Source: a virus
Taxonomy: Duplodnaviria > Caudoviricetes
Direction: 5' to 3' (one strand)
Length of the DNA: 57,532 nucleotides
Virus record (IMG/VR): IMGVR_UViG_3300017744_000007
Location: 1-57,532 of that record
The notes below the pieces were generated by a model. The model did no database searches. It was not told the origin of the DNA and saw only the letters and a program-made list of their open reading frames with translations. Both the position numbers and the translations under genes were made by a program. Each line of letters starts with the position of its first letter. Within the stretch, counting starts at the first letter, position 1. Positions 27,752 to 36,288 of the stretch are shown here, piece after piece.

Positions 27752-28046
27752 ATTAGTTAATTTTTTTATTGGTTGAACGTTTCTTTTTTTGAGCGGCATC
27801 GAATTGTTTGAGTTTATTTCTTTGTCTCTTCCATATTTTTTCTTTCTGTACTTCTGACAGAATGATGATTAGAAACCATATCGCACCGATAAGCACGAAG
27901 GTTGCAATAATTGATTGTAATTGTGACATAATGATATTCCCTGTTCTTAGTTATTGTATACTCAAGGGTGATGTATTTAGGTATACTATTAGTTTGTTCC
28001 CACACTCAATATTCTCTACGTGAATGTGGGTTAGTGTGACAGTAGG

Positions 28047-28283
28047 TTATGCAAAGTAATTGTTAACCTGTATGTCTAAGACTTGATTGACGTGTTCGTC
28101 AAACTTGTTATCGTCTATTGACAATAGTGTTGAGGCTGGTGTCATTCTCGTTGAGAGGTCTTTGACGTTAGCCTTGACGTAGTTAAAGTTGTTAAACTTT
28201 GGCTCAAAGTCTGATGCCTTGAGAATCTTGTATGTCCACGTACCTGGTACGTTAATGACATGGTATCCGAAGATTGTTTTCAT
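28047..28283 (-). CDS. early hypothetical protein
   Basis: 78 aa; AATTATG context with an A-rich leader. Confidence 0.6.
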   Translation of the reverse strand: MKTIFGYHVINVPGTWTYKILKASDFEPKFNNFNYVKANVKDLSTRMTPASTLLSIDDNKFDEHVNQVLDIQVNNYFA

Positions 28284-28562
28284 AATTATTTAATTGATTG
28301 ATTTAGTTACTATTTATTTAGATGATTGATAATTTATTTGTTATTAAGTTTATTAACATAGACTTGTTTTTGTCATAAAAAACCCCGAACTTTGGTGGGT
28401 AAGAGGTCTAGTATTACTTATTATGTAGTGAACTTCTAAATAACATAACGACAGTTATATTCTTGTTATTACACTACATTTATATTATAAGTCTCTGATA
28501 ATTAGACAGTTATATGTTATTTATCACATAAAACATATTATATTATATGATTATATAGGGTA

Positions 28563-28811
28563 TTATAGAGTATCACTAACTGTCTTAAACAGATTAAATT
28601 CTATATTATAGTAGTTATCTACTAGTTTATTTGGGATAAATCTGTCTATTAATGAGATGTTATTAGAGTTATTAGGTAGAATAGTATAGCCGACAGACTC
28701 AAGTTGTCGTCTTCTATAGTTAAATACACGTCTCATTCTCATTCTTTGTTCGTTAATAGCTTGTACCTCGTACGTAGTATTAACTTTCTTGTAGTTGATT
28801 CTTGTTCTCAT
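28563..28811 (-). CDS. early hypothetical protein
   Basis: Starts 2 nt after the upstream stop. Confidence 0.55.
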   Translation of the reverse strand: MRTRINYKKVNTTYEVQAINEQRMRMRRVFNYRRRQLESVGYTILPNNSNNISLIDRFIPNKLVDNYYNIEFNLFKTVSDTL

Positions 28812-28813
28812 AG

Positions 28814-29233
28814 TTATATAGTCTCAATAGAGTATTGTGAGTAAGTACTTCTATAGTTATTGTACTTAGCTCTGGTTGTTATTGTGAAGTATCTGTTGCC
28901 TTGGGCTGACAGCTTCGTGAGTATTAGTATTGGATTGTCTGGTGTTCCCATTGACTTGATATAATCTATCATTGTATTAAGATTACGTTTCTGCATGGAG
29001 TTCCAGATGTCTTCCATTCTCCTTGGTAGGTGAGAGTAGAAGTGTACTGGTAGTTCTTCCCAGTCTCCTTTGACGTTGAACTTGTGGTTTACGTCTAGGT
29101 TTGCTTGGATGTACCTTTCTCCTTGGTTGTCATAGGCCACCTTAGTGGTTGATTGACTAAAGCTTTCGCTGTAGTTGTTTAGTACTTGGCTTCTTACGAT
29201 AGCCTTTACTGGTTGATACTTTTTAGTATACAT
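28814..29233 (-). CDS. early hypothetical protein
   Basis: 139 aa ORF; ATTATG context. Confidence 0.65.
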   Translation of the reverse strand: MYTKKYQPVKAIVRSQVLNNYSESFSQSTTKVAYDNQGERYIQANLDVNHKFNVKGDWEELPVHFYSHLPRRMEDIWNSMQKRNLNTMIDYIKSMGTPDNPILILTKLSAQGNRYFTITTRAKYNNYRSTYSQYSIETI

Positions 29234-29273
29234 AATGTTTGTTGCCTGTTACCAGGACTTTGTTGGTTAATAA

Positions 29274-29441
29274 TTAAGAATTTATGTATTTGATTTGTTC
29301 AAATACTTTTAACATTTCTTTTTGTAGTTCTTCTGACAATATAATTGTGCCGTCTTCCTTTTTATATTTTGTATCTAAAACAACTGATACATAGTCTATC
29401 AGACTATTTGTTTCCTGTTTTATTACTTCTAACTCTTTCAT
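29274..29441 (-). CDS. 55-aa early protein (not in ORF track)
   Basis: Hand translation MKELEVIKQETNSLIDYVSVVLDTKYKKEDGTIILSEELQKEMLKVFEQIKYINS*. Confidence 0.6.
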   Translation of the reverse strand: MKELEVIKQETNSLIDYVSVVLDTKYKKEDGTIILSEELQKEMLKVFEQIKYINS

Positions 29442-29573
29442 AATACTTTATACATTTAGTTATTAAGTTACTGTTTCGTTTTTTTAAACTCATCAGATAA
29501 GATACTCATCTTATTACAGTGAGTAGTTTTGAATCTTACTCAGGATTATTGATTTACTTTTAGTATTATCAAT

Positions 29574-29783
29574 TTACTTTTTGATTTTACTTATAGTATG
29601 TCTAGTTAGTATTTCTACGTTTGCTAATAGGTTTCCTATGGTGTAACCTGCTTGTCTTCTACCTGATTTATGTTTTAGGTAGTAAGCTCCTGCGTGGGTC
29701 ATACCTTCTATGAATCCTTTAGTTTTGTTGCCTTCTTCTTGATACATTTGTTGTAAGAGGATAGCTTTTTCTTCGTTTGACAT
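29574..29783 (-). CDS. early hypothetical protein
   Basis: 69 aa; AAAACTATTATG leader. Confidence 0.6.
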   Translation of the reverse strand: MSNEEKAILLQQMYQEEGNKTKGFIEGMTHAGAYYLKHKSGRRQAGYTIGNLLANVEILTRHTISKIKK

Positions 29784-29794
29784 AATAGTTTTAG

Positions 29795-29971
29795 TTATTT
29801 AGTTTTGTTTAATACTTCGTTAATAATTGGTTTTAGTTCTTTGATTAGGTTTATTATTAGTACTCCATTTTGTTTTAGATATTCTGGAGTTACTTCTACG
29901 TTTACCTTGATGTTTTCTACTTTAGTATCTTCTGAGATTTGTAGGTTTGTTAATTCGAATGATGTTTTCAT
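29795..29971 (-). CDS. 58-aa early protein (not in ORF track)
   Basis: Hand translation MKTSFELTNLQISEDTKVENIKVNVEVTPEYLKQNGVLIINLIKELKPIINEVLNKTK*; same AAACTATTATG leader. Confidence 0.6.
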   Translation of the reverse strand: MKTSFELTNLQISEDTKVENIKVNVEVTPEYLKQNGVLIINLIKELKPIINEVLNKTK

Positions 29972-29994
29972 AATAGTTTAATTTAGTTTTAGTT

Positions 29995-30156
29995 TTAGTT
30001 TTTACTTCTTTTATACATAGCGAATATGAATAGGTGGAATATGAATGTCATTAGGACAAGGCATTCCTCTATAGGCATAGCGAAGTAGATTGTTGTTAGT
30101 ACTAGTGTTAGTTGATAGATGTTGAATAAGATGATGATTGACATATACTTTTTCAT
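29995..30156 (-). CDS. first early gene, two-TM membrane peptide
   Basis: Start MKKYMSIII preferred for its ATTATG context; two hydrophobic helices. Confidence 0.55.
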   Translation of the reverse strand: MKKYMSIIILFNIYQLTLVLTTIYFAMPIEECLVLMTFIFHLFIFAMYKRSKN

Positions 30157-30295
30157 AATAATTAGTTTTGTGAGCATTATGCTCTGGTTAAGTTATTTGT
30201 TACCCCCCGTTCGGGTTAAGTGTATGTGTAGGGGGTGTTGACACATATAGCATCCCTCAACCTCAAATCAAAAAAATTTTTTTTAACTTTGGCAA
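30157..30295. promoter_or_regulatory. divergent early/late junction, candidate genome end or packaging region
   Basis: Strand switch; C6 and G5 tracts, overlapping inverted repeats, A7T8 tract, TAACTTTG at 30284-30291. Confidence 0.55.
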
Positions 30296-30571
30296 ATGAT
30301 GGAAATGGAAAATGGAAAGATAAACTGCGTTGATGACGTTTGCGTGGTAGACAAATATTACCGTGAGTATGCAGAACTTATGGCTGACGCTAATAAAGTA
30401 AGAGAAAGATTTAAAGAAAAGGACTTTAAGCTAATAGAGAAAAAAGAATACATAATGAATGACTTATTGTTGGAAGATGAGTTTAGAAAAAAGTATGTAG
30501 ACGTACCACAAATATCTTGTATCCCTGGTTATAGATTTATGACTAGACTTATATTAAGACAAATAAGTTAA
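30296..30571 (+). CDS. hypothetical protein
   Basis: First late-strand ORF, 4 nt after TAACTTTG. Confidence 0.55.
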   Translation: MMEMENGKINCVDDVCVVDKYYREYAELMADANKVRERFKEKDFKLIEKKEYIMNDLLLEDEFRKKYVDVPQISCIPGYRFMTRLILRQIS

Positions 30572-30576
30572 ATTTG
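30569..30576 (+). promoter_or_regulatory. Bacteroidota -7 promoter box TAAATTTG
   Basis: 5 nt before the ATG at 30582. Confidence 0.65.
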
Positions 30577-30581
30577 CATAT

Positions 30582-31115
30582 ATGTATTTATTAAAGGTGA
30601 GCAAAAAGGGTAGCATCCACAAGGACGCTGACTCGGTTATGATAATTCCAGAGTTCGTAAATCTTATGAAAGCCGAAGGTATGGGGGAGACTGCAATGAA
30701 ATGGGTTGCACTTGTACATGACTACGAAAGTCCATACAGGTATTTAAGTATAGACGAAAGAGTGAAAGCGGTGAGTAAAGATTTATTTGACACATACGAC
30801 TGGAAATGCAAAAAAAAATCCGTGCTGCAAGCAGCAGTGGATAAATATAAGAAACTACAATTCGACCCTCTTGACGAACAGCTTATAGCATTTAATGCTA
30901 AGATAGACCAGTTTACTAAGTATATGAATAGCATGATTATTAATGATGATAACGCTGAAAGCTTACAGAAGTTAATGATTGGTATAGAAAAAATACTGAA
31001 GACAAGACAGACTTTAGTAGACGTTATTGAAAGGAGGGGTGAGCGTCAAAAGATTGTTGGAGATAAACAACTTAGCTTTTTAGAAAGCAAGTTAAATAGA
31101 GATAATGATAAATAA
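30582..31115 (+). CDS. putative terminase small subunit
   Basis: Directly upstream of and overlapping terL; DY.SPY motif and helical C-terminus. Call is positional. Confidence 0.5.
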   Translation: MYLLKVSKKGSIHKDADSVMIIPEFVNLMKAEGMGETAMKWVALVHDYESPYRYLSIDERVKAVSKDLFDTYDWKCKKKSVLQAAVDKYKKLQFDPLDEQLIAFNAKIDQFTKYMNSMIINDDNAESLQKLMIGIEKILKTRQTLVDVIERRGERQKIVGDKQLSFLESKLNRDNDK

Positions 31116-32919
31116 AGACGTACAAAGATACAGACCTGTAGTTAATAATGGACATCCTGATTTAAGTCCAGACTCTATTTCTTATCAAGAATATTGGGAA
31201 CAAGAAAGAGACAGGTGTATTAATGGATACAAACCAAGAGGAATGGATAAAATTTCTGGTAAGTATTACTTCTATTTAAATTACTTTAAAATATTAGGTA
31301 ACTCTGGCGATGCTGGAAACAGAAAGACTCTTATTAGCCCTTGGTACAGAGAAATGGATAAGGAATACTTTGAGACTTTCGAGACTTGCAAAGACGAAGG
31401 AAAAGGTATGATTGTTATTAAAGCTAGGGATAAAGGGTTTAGTTATATGAACTCAGGACTTCTCGGACACGAATTTACATTCTTTCCTTTTAATGACGTA
31501 GGAGTAGCGGCAGGACTTCAGTCTTCAGCAACATCATTCTTTAACAAAGTTAAAAATGGACTTAATAATATACATCCTAACTTTAGGCACTCAGCACTTA
31601 AAGATACTGACGAGATTTATAAAGCAGGATACAAACTTAAAAATAAAGACGGCAAGTGGGAAACTGGAGGATACCAGTCTCAGATTATCTGTAGGACAAT
31701 GGATAACCCAGAGGTATTCAAAGGTGAGCGACTCGGTGTCATGGTTTTTGAAGAAGCAGGGGAATTTAAAAGATTAAAGAACGCATATATGTCTTCTAAA
31801 GCCTGTTTTATGGATGGGGACATTCAATACGGTGTTCCTGTTATTGGTGGAACAGGTGGTGACATTACTAAGTCTTCTAAAGATTTTATGGAGATGTATT
31901 ATAATGCAGACGCATTTAACCTTATTCCTTCCTTTATACCTGCAAGTAGAGCCTACTATGGGTTTTACAACATTGAGTCGGGAGTAGAAGATGAGGTAGG
32001 AGCTAGAAAAAAGCTGGAGTCAGACAGAAAAAAAGTCGAGGCCGACCAAAAAGCGTACAACCTCCACTTACAAAACTACCCTATGACTGTGGAAGAAGCC
32101 TTCCTAAACACAAAGTCTAGTAGATTTAATATCTCACTTATTAACCAGCAACGTGGTAAAATAATGACTGATACTAAATTAAAAGGTCAAATACAAAAAG
32201 GAGACTTGCACTGGGTATCTGACGACAACGGAACACTTTCCGTGGAGTTTGAACCTCATCAACACGGGAAATTCAAGATTCTCCACCACCCGCGAACCAA
32301 CTTCGTTGGTTTAGACATTGGAGGTGTGGATAGCTATGACCAAGATAAAGCAGGCGCTAGTACGTCTGAGGGGTGCGCGATGATTTATAGAAGATTTTAT
32401 AATGTAGATGAGCCAGGCGATATGCTTGTAGCTGAGTATACAGACAGGCCAGAAAGAAAGGAAGACTTCTATGATGGCGTTTTAAAGTTAGCAGTATATT
32501 ATAATGCAAAAATGTTAATAGAATATACAAAAATTGCTATTATAGACTACTTTAAGAAAGAAGGTATGCAGAATCTATTAAAAGAAAAGCCTGCATCAGC
32601 ACATAATATTAGAACGCTAACACGAAATACCTACGGTGTTCACATGAATAAACAAGTTAAATCTTATATGGAGGATTTAATGGACGATTATATTAAGTCA
32701 TCCATAAACGACATTTGGTTCTACGACTTATTGGAAGAATTATCATTTTATGGACAAAAAAATACTGACCGAGCAATAGCGTTTGGGCTGTGTCTTTTAC
32801 ATAACAATGACAATTATAGAAGGAAAGTTTTGGATACTGAGGAAAAAATTAGTAAAGAATCGCTAGGATTTCGTAAATTTGCAATGAATAGCCAAGGTAT
32901 ACCAAAAAAAATACGATAG
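31105..32919 (+). CDS. terL: terminase large subunit (crAss-like)
   Basis: G..YFYLNY, KARDKGFSY Walker A, FEEAG Walker B, GGTGG, YP.T.EEAF, nuclease GGVDSYD and TDR.IAF. Confidence 0.92.
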   Translation: MINKDVQRYRPVVNNGHPDLSPDSISYQEYWEQERDRCINGYKPRGMDKISGKYYFYLNYFKILGNSGDAGNRKTLISPWYREMDKEYFETFETCKDEGKGMIVIKARDKGFSYMNSGLLGHEFTFFPFNDVGVAAGLQSSATSFFNKVKNGLNNIHPNFRHSALKDTDEIYKAGYKLKNKDGKWETGGYQSQIICRTMDNPEVFKGERLGVMVFEEAGEFKRLKNAYMSSKACFMDGDIQYGVPVIGGTGGDITKSSKDFMEMYYNADAFNLIPSFIPASRAYYGFYNIESGVEDEVGARKKLESDRKKVEADQKAYNLHLQNYPMTVEEAFLNTKSSRFNISLINQQRGKIMTDTKLKGQIQKGDLHWVSDDNGTLSVEFEPHQHGKFKILHHPRTNFVGLDIGGVDSYDQDKAGASTSEGCAMIYRRFYNVDEPGDMLVAEYTDRPERKEDFYDGVLKLAVYYNAKMLIEYTKIAIIDYFKKEGMQNLLKEKPASAHNIRTLTRNTYGVHMNKQVKSYMEDLMDDYIKSSINDIWFYDLLEELSFYGQKNTDRAIAFGLCLLHNNDNYRRKVLDTEEKISKESLGFRKFAMNSQGIPKKIR

Positions 32920-35184
32920 ATGTACAACACAATTACGTTTCCTAAACAACTACTTAAAGATAGCGAGAAAGACGACCAGTGGTGCGATGCTATGATTGAT
33001 GCAATCATTAGCACTATGAACACTGACGACTCGCCATTGATTCACTCAAGACTTGATGATATAAGAAATTATAACATTTATAACGGACACGTAGACGTAG
33101 ATGAGTACAGATATGTTACAGAACAATATGGCGCTGCTTACCCAGCAAAGCTAGTAAACTATCCTATTATAAGTCCTAAGATAGACCTGTTGATGGGTGA
33201 AGATATATCAAGGCCTTTACAAAAAAGAGTTACCACTATAAACAAGTCTGCTACTGTTAGAAAGATTGACCATAAGATTGCTATTGAACTTAAAAAGTAT
33301 ATCAACGAGCAGTTGGAAGAAATGAAAGAAAAAGCTCCAACAGACATAGACTTAAAGATTGACCAAATACCAATGCCAGATGATGTAGAAAGATACATGA
33401 TGTATACCTACAAAGAAGCTGTTGAAGAAGTTGTAGAAGATGGACTAGAGTATGTTGTTAATAAGTATAACATGAAAGACGTATTTAAGTCTGGATTTAG
33501 AGATATGCTTGTTACGTCTAAGCAATTTTATAAGGTATATATTAAAAACGGAGACCCATTCCTTAGAAGAGTAGACCCAAGAAATGTTATATATGACACA
33601 AACTCTGAGTCAGACTTTTTAGATGACGCTCAATGGATTGGTGAAGAAAGATGGCTTTCGGTAAACGAAATACTAGATGAATATGCTGAGGTTTTAAAGA
33701 GAGATGATATTGCTCTTATAGAAGATATGAGTAGAGTAAATTCATTAAACGCAGCTAATGTATACAATCAAGACTTTGAATGGCTAGACTGGAACGAAAC
33801 TACAGGAAGTAGAGTTAGAGTTGTTTCTTGTGAATGGAAATCTATTAAGCCTATAAAATACAAAGTATCAGAAAACAAATATAATCCAGAAAAACCTTTT
33901 AAAAAGATTGTACCAGATGGATACAAAAGAAGAAAGGGAGACCAAATAGAAACTAGATATATAGATGATATATGGGAGGGAACTAAAATTGGTGGTGTTG
34001 TTTTAGTTAATTGCAGAAGAAGACCTAACCAAGTTCGTTCAGTTGATGACTATGGTTCTACGCCATTATCTTATGTAGGTGTGATTAGAAATAATAGCAC
34101 GGGTAGACCTCAGTCTCTTGTAGACTTGCTACACAATATACAGATGTTATATAACATTACTATGTACAATATAGAACTAGCTATGGCTCGTTCAGGTGGT
34201 AAAGCTGTAGTATATGATGTAGCTCAACTACCTACTAATATAGGTATGGACATACAGGACGTAATGTATCATCTTAAAAATGATGGTATTATTCCTATCA
34301 ACTCCAAAGATGAAGGTAATCAAATGGCTACATTCAATCAATTCCAACAAATAGACTTTACTATTTCTCAGTCTATATCTCAGTTGTTTAATCTAAAATT
34401 AATGTTAGAAGAGACGGCAGGACAGATTTCTGGTATTAGTAGACAAAGAGCTGGAGCTATTAACACAAGTGAGTATGTAGGTAACGTGCAAAGGTCTGTT
34501 CAGCAGTCTGCACTAACTACAGAAACTTGGTTCTTTATGCACAATGAAACTAAAAAAAGATGTTTTGAAAGACTTGCTAACTTGATGAAGCTTGCTTGGA
34601 AAGATGGACACAAGGCTGCTACAATACTAGGTGATGGCGCTCATAAAATTTTAAGTGTAATGCCAGGTGAAATTAATCTTAATGACTACGGAGTATTTGT
34701 AGGAGACACTGGTAAAGAACAATCTGATAAGCAAATAATAAATCAAGTTGCTCAAGCAGCTATGCAGTCTGGTAAAGCTGGTTTATTAGACATTCTTAAA
34801 GTTTTAAAAGCTGACACGGCTACTGAGGCAGAACATACCTTAGAAAGAGCTATGAAGGTTATGGCGGAACAGCAGCAACAACAAATGGCTATGCAACAGC
34901 AACAAGCTGAAATGCAAGAGCAAGCAAGAAACGCTGAACACGCTAGAAACTTAGAGTTAGAACAAGTTAGGGTTGGGGGTAAGGTTAAGGTTGCTGAACT
35001 TGAAACTGAAGCTAAAAAGAAAATAGCAGACATAAGAGATGACGGAAATAGAGATATTTCTGACATGAAAGAAAGAACAAAGATGGCTGGTATGCAAGAT
35101 AACGGAAAATATCAGCTAGGTACGCAAGTCCCAAACTCCAAACTTCCTAGTGAAAACAAAGGTTTAGACGAGTTATTAGGATAA
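32920..35184 (+). CDS. portal protein (crAss-like)
   Basis: 754 aa after terL; YPII.PKIDLL.GE, WEGTKIG, GISRQR.G.I, Gln-rich tail. Confidence 0.88.
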   Translation: MYNTITFPKQLLKDSEKDDQWCDAMIDAIISTMNTDDSPLIHSRLDDIRNYNIYNGHVDVDEYRYVTEQYGAAYPAKLVNYPIISPKIDLLMGEDISRPLQKRVTTINKSATVRKIDHKIAIELKKYINEQLEEMKEKAPTDIDLKIDQIPMPDDVERYMMYTYKEAVEEVVEDGLEYVVNKYNMKDVFKSGFRDMLVTSKQFYKVYIKNGDPFLRRVDPRNVIYDTNSESDFLDDAQWIGEERWLSVNEILDEYAEVLKRDDIALIEDMSRVNSLNAANVYNQDFEWLDWNETTGSRVRVVSCEWKSIKPIKYKVSENKYNPEKPFKKIVPDGYKRRKGDQIETRYIDDIWEGTKIGGVVLVNCRRRPNQVRSVDDYGSTPLSYVGVIRNNSTGRPQSLVDLLHNIQMLYNITMYNIELAMARSGGKAVVYDVAQLPTNIGMDIQDVMYHLKNDGIIPINSKDEGNQMATFNQFQQIDFTISQSISQLFNLKLMLEETAGQISGISRQRAGAINTSEYVGNVQRSVQQSALTTETWFFMHNETKKRCFERLANLMKLAWKDGHKAATILGDGAHKILSVMPGEINLNDYGVFVGDTGKEQSDKQIINQVAQAAMQSGKAGLLDILKVLKADTATEAEHTLERAMKVMAEQQQQQMAMQQQQAEMQEQARNAEHARNLELEQVRVGGKVKVAELETEAKKKIADIRDDGNRDISDMKERTKMAGMQDNGKYQLGTQVPNSKLPSENKGLDELLG

Positions 35185-35188
35185 ATTG

Positions 35189-35196
35189 TATATTTG
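35189..35196 (+). promoter_or_regulatory. Bacteroidota -7 promoter box TATATTTG (capsid operon)
   Basis: Intergenic; 27 nt before the ATG at 35224. Confidence 0.7.
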
Positions 35197-35223
35197 CAAC
35201 GGAGTAACAAAAATAATTATATT

Positions 35224-36162
35224 ATGAGCGAAGAAAATAAAAGTGCAATAGTAGATAATTCTGAGACAAGTGAAAAGTCTTTTAACCCTATTGCTTTTGG
35301 AGACGATTTTGTTTCTGAAGAGGTTACAGCTACTGAAGCTGTTGATAGTAAAAACACTGAAGAAGCGAAAGCTACGGAAGAAGGTGCAGACGACTGGTCT
35401 TTTGAAGAAAAAGAAGTTGTTGAAGAATCAAAACCTGGAGATGATGTTGCAAGAGACGATGTTAATTGGGGAGCGATTGCAGCACAACTTGGACTTGATG
35501 GAAAAAGCACTAAAGAAGAAATACAAGCAGCCTTAAAAAATGTTGAAGACGCTAAAGAGGAAGAAAAGGCTGTTGCTCCCGAAAAAGAATTTGAGGAGTT
35601 TGAGTCTTTGCTAAAGTTAGATGACAGAGGTATAATGGTTGAAGAATTAAAAGCTAGAGGCTTTGGTGAAGGAGAAATAGAAGACTATATAGATAGACTT
35701 GATGACTCTGGAACACTAAAGTATGAAGCTTTAAAAATTCGTAATGACGTTAGAAAGCATATTGTAGAGAAAGAATCTCAAGCAAAAGCTCAAGCTAAGT
35801 TAGAAAAACAACAACAAGCTGAAAAGGTTGAAGAAAATAAAATTCAGCTACAAAAAACTATTAAGGAACGTGAGGACTTTTATGGTTATAATTTAGGAAA
35901 GGAACAAAAGAAAGAAGTATATAAATACATCACTAGTGGTGATTTTTATAAAGATTTGAGTTCTTCGCATGAAGAAGTATTTGAACAAGCGATGTTTAAA
36001 CTGTTCAAAGAACGCGTTATGTCGCTACAGTCTAAAAAAGGATATGAAGATGGTAAGTCTCAAATCCTAGACAACATTACTTCTCCAGACTTAGGGAGGA
36101 CTTCAAAACCGAGACCTGTGTCGTCAAAGGCATTTGACCCATCGCAGTTCTCAAGAAAATAG
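35224..36162 (+). CDS. putative capsid scaffolding protein
   Basis: Acidic, coiled-coil, between portal and MCP. ATG at 35224 preferred because the TTG at 35194 lies within the promoter box. Confidence 0.7.
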   Translation: MSEENKSAIVDNSETSEKSFNPIAFGDDFVSEEVTATEAVDSKNTEEAKATEEGADDWSFEEKEVVEESKPGDDVARDDVNWGAIAAQLGLDGKSTKEEIQAALKNVEDAKEEEKAVAPEKEFEEFESLLKLDDRGIMVEELKARGFGEGEIEDYIDRLDDSGTLKYEALKIRNDVRKHIVEKESQAKAQAKLEKQQQAEKVEENKIQLQKTIKEREDFYGYNLGKEQKKEVYKYITSGDFYKDLSSSHEEVFEQAMFKLFKERVMSLQSKKGYEDGKSQILDNITSPDLGRTSKPRPVSSKAFDPSQFSRK

Positions 36163-36247
36163 TCGGGTATGTATGAAGCCCGAATGAGATGATGCTTAGT
36201 CCGAAACAAAGTTTCACTAACAAGTAAAGTCAAGAGTAATTCATGCA
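36163..36247 (+). ncRNA. candidate structured (pseudoknotted) RNA in the major capsid gene leader
   Basis: P1 TCGGGT/GCCCGA; interrupted P2 36188-36231; P1 loop TGTATGAA is complementary to TTCATGCA at 36240-36247. Confidence 0.5.
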
Positions 36248-36288
36248 AGAGATTTTTAATAATAATAATAATATTTAATTCATTTACT

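Noticed and set aside
27808-28023. Overlapping ORFs 27814-28005 (-) and 27808-28023 (+)
   Set aside because: Non-ATG starts, overlap with a hairpin and no recognisable features. A shorter minus-strand membrane peptide starting near 27929 is possible, but I cannot support it firmly.
28350-28358. DnaA-box-like TTATTAACA
   Set aside because: A single degenerate copy in very AT-rich DNA is expected by chance.
31105-32919. Intron or intein in terminase (or in DnaB)
   Set aside because: Both ORFs are continuous, of ordinary length and lack splicing motifs.
36180-36220. Hammerhead ribozyme (TGATG...CGAAAC)
   Set aside because: No CUGANGA core, and stem III would be only 2 bp.
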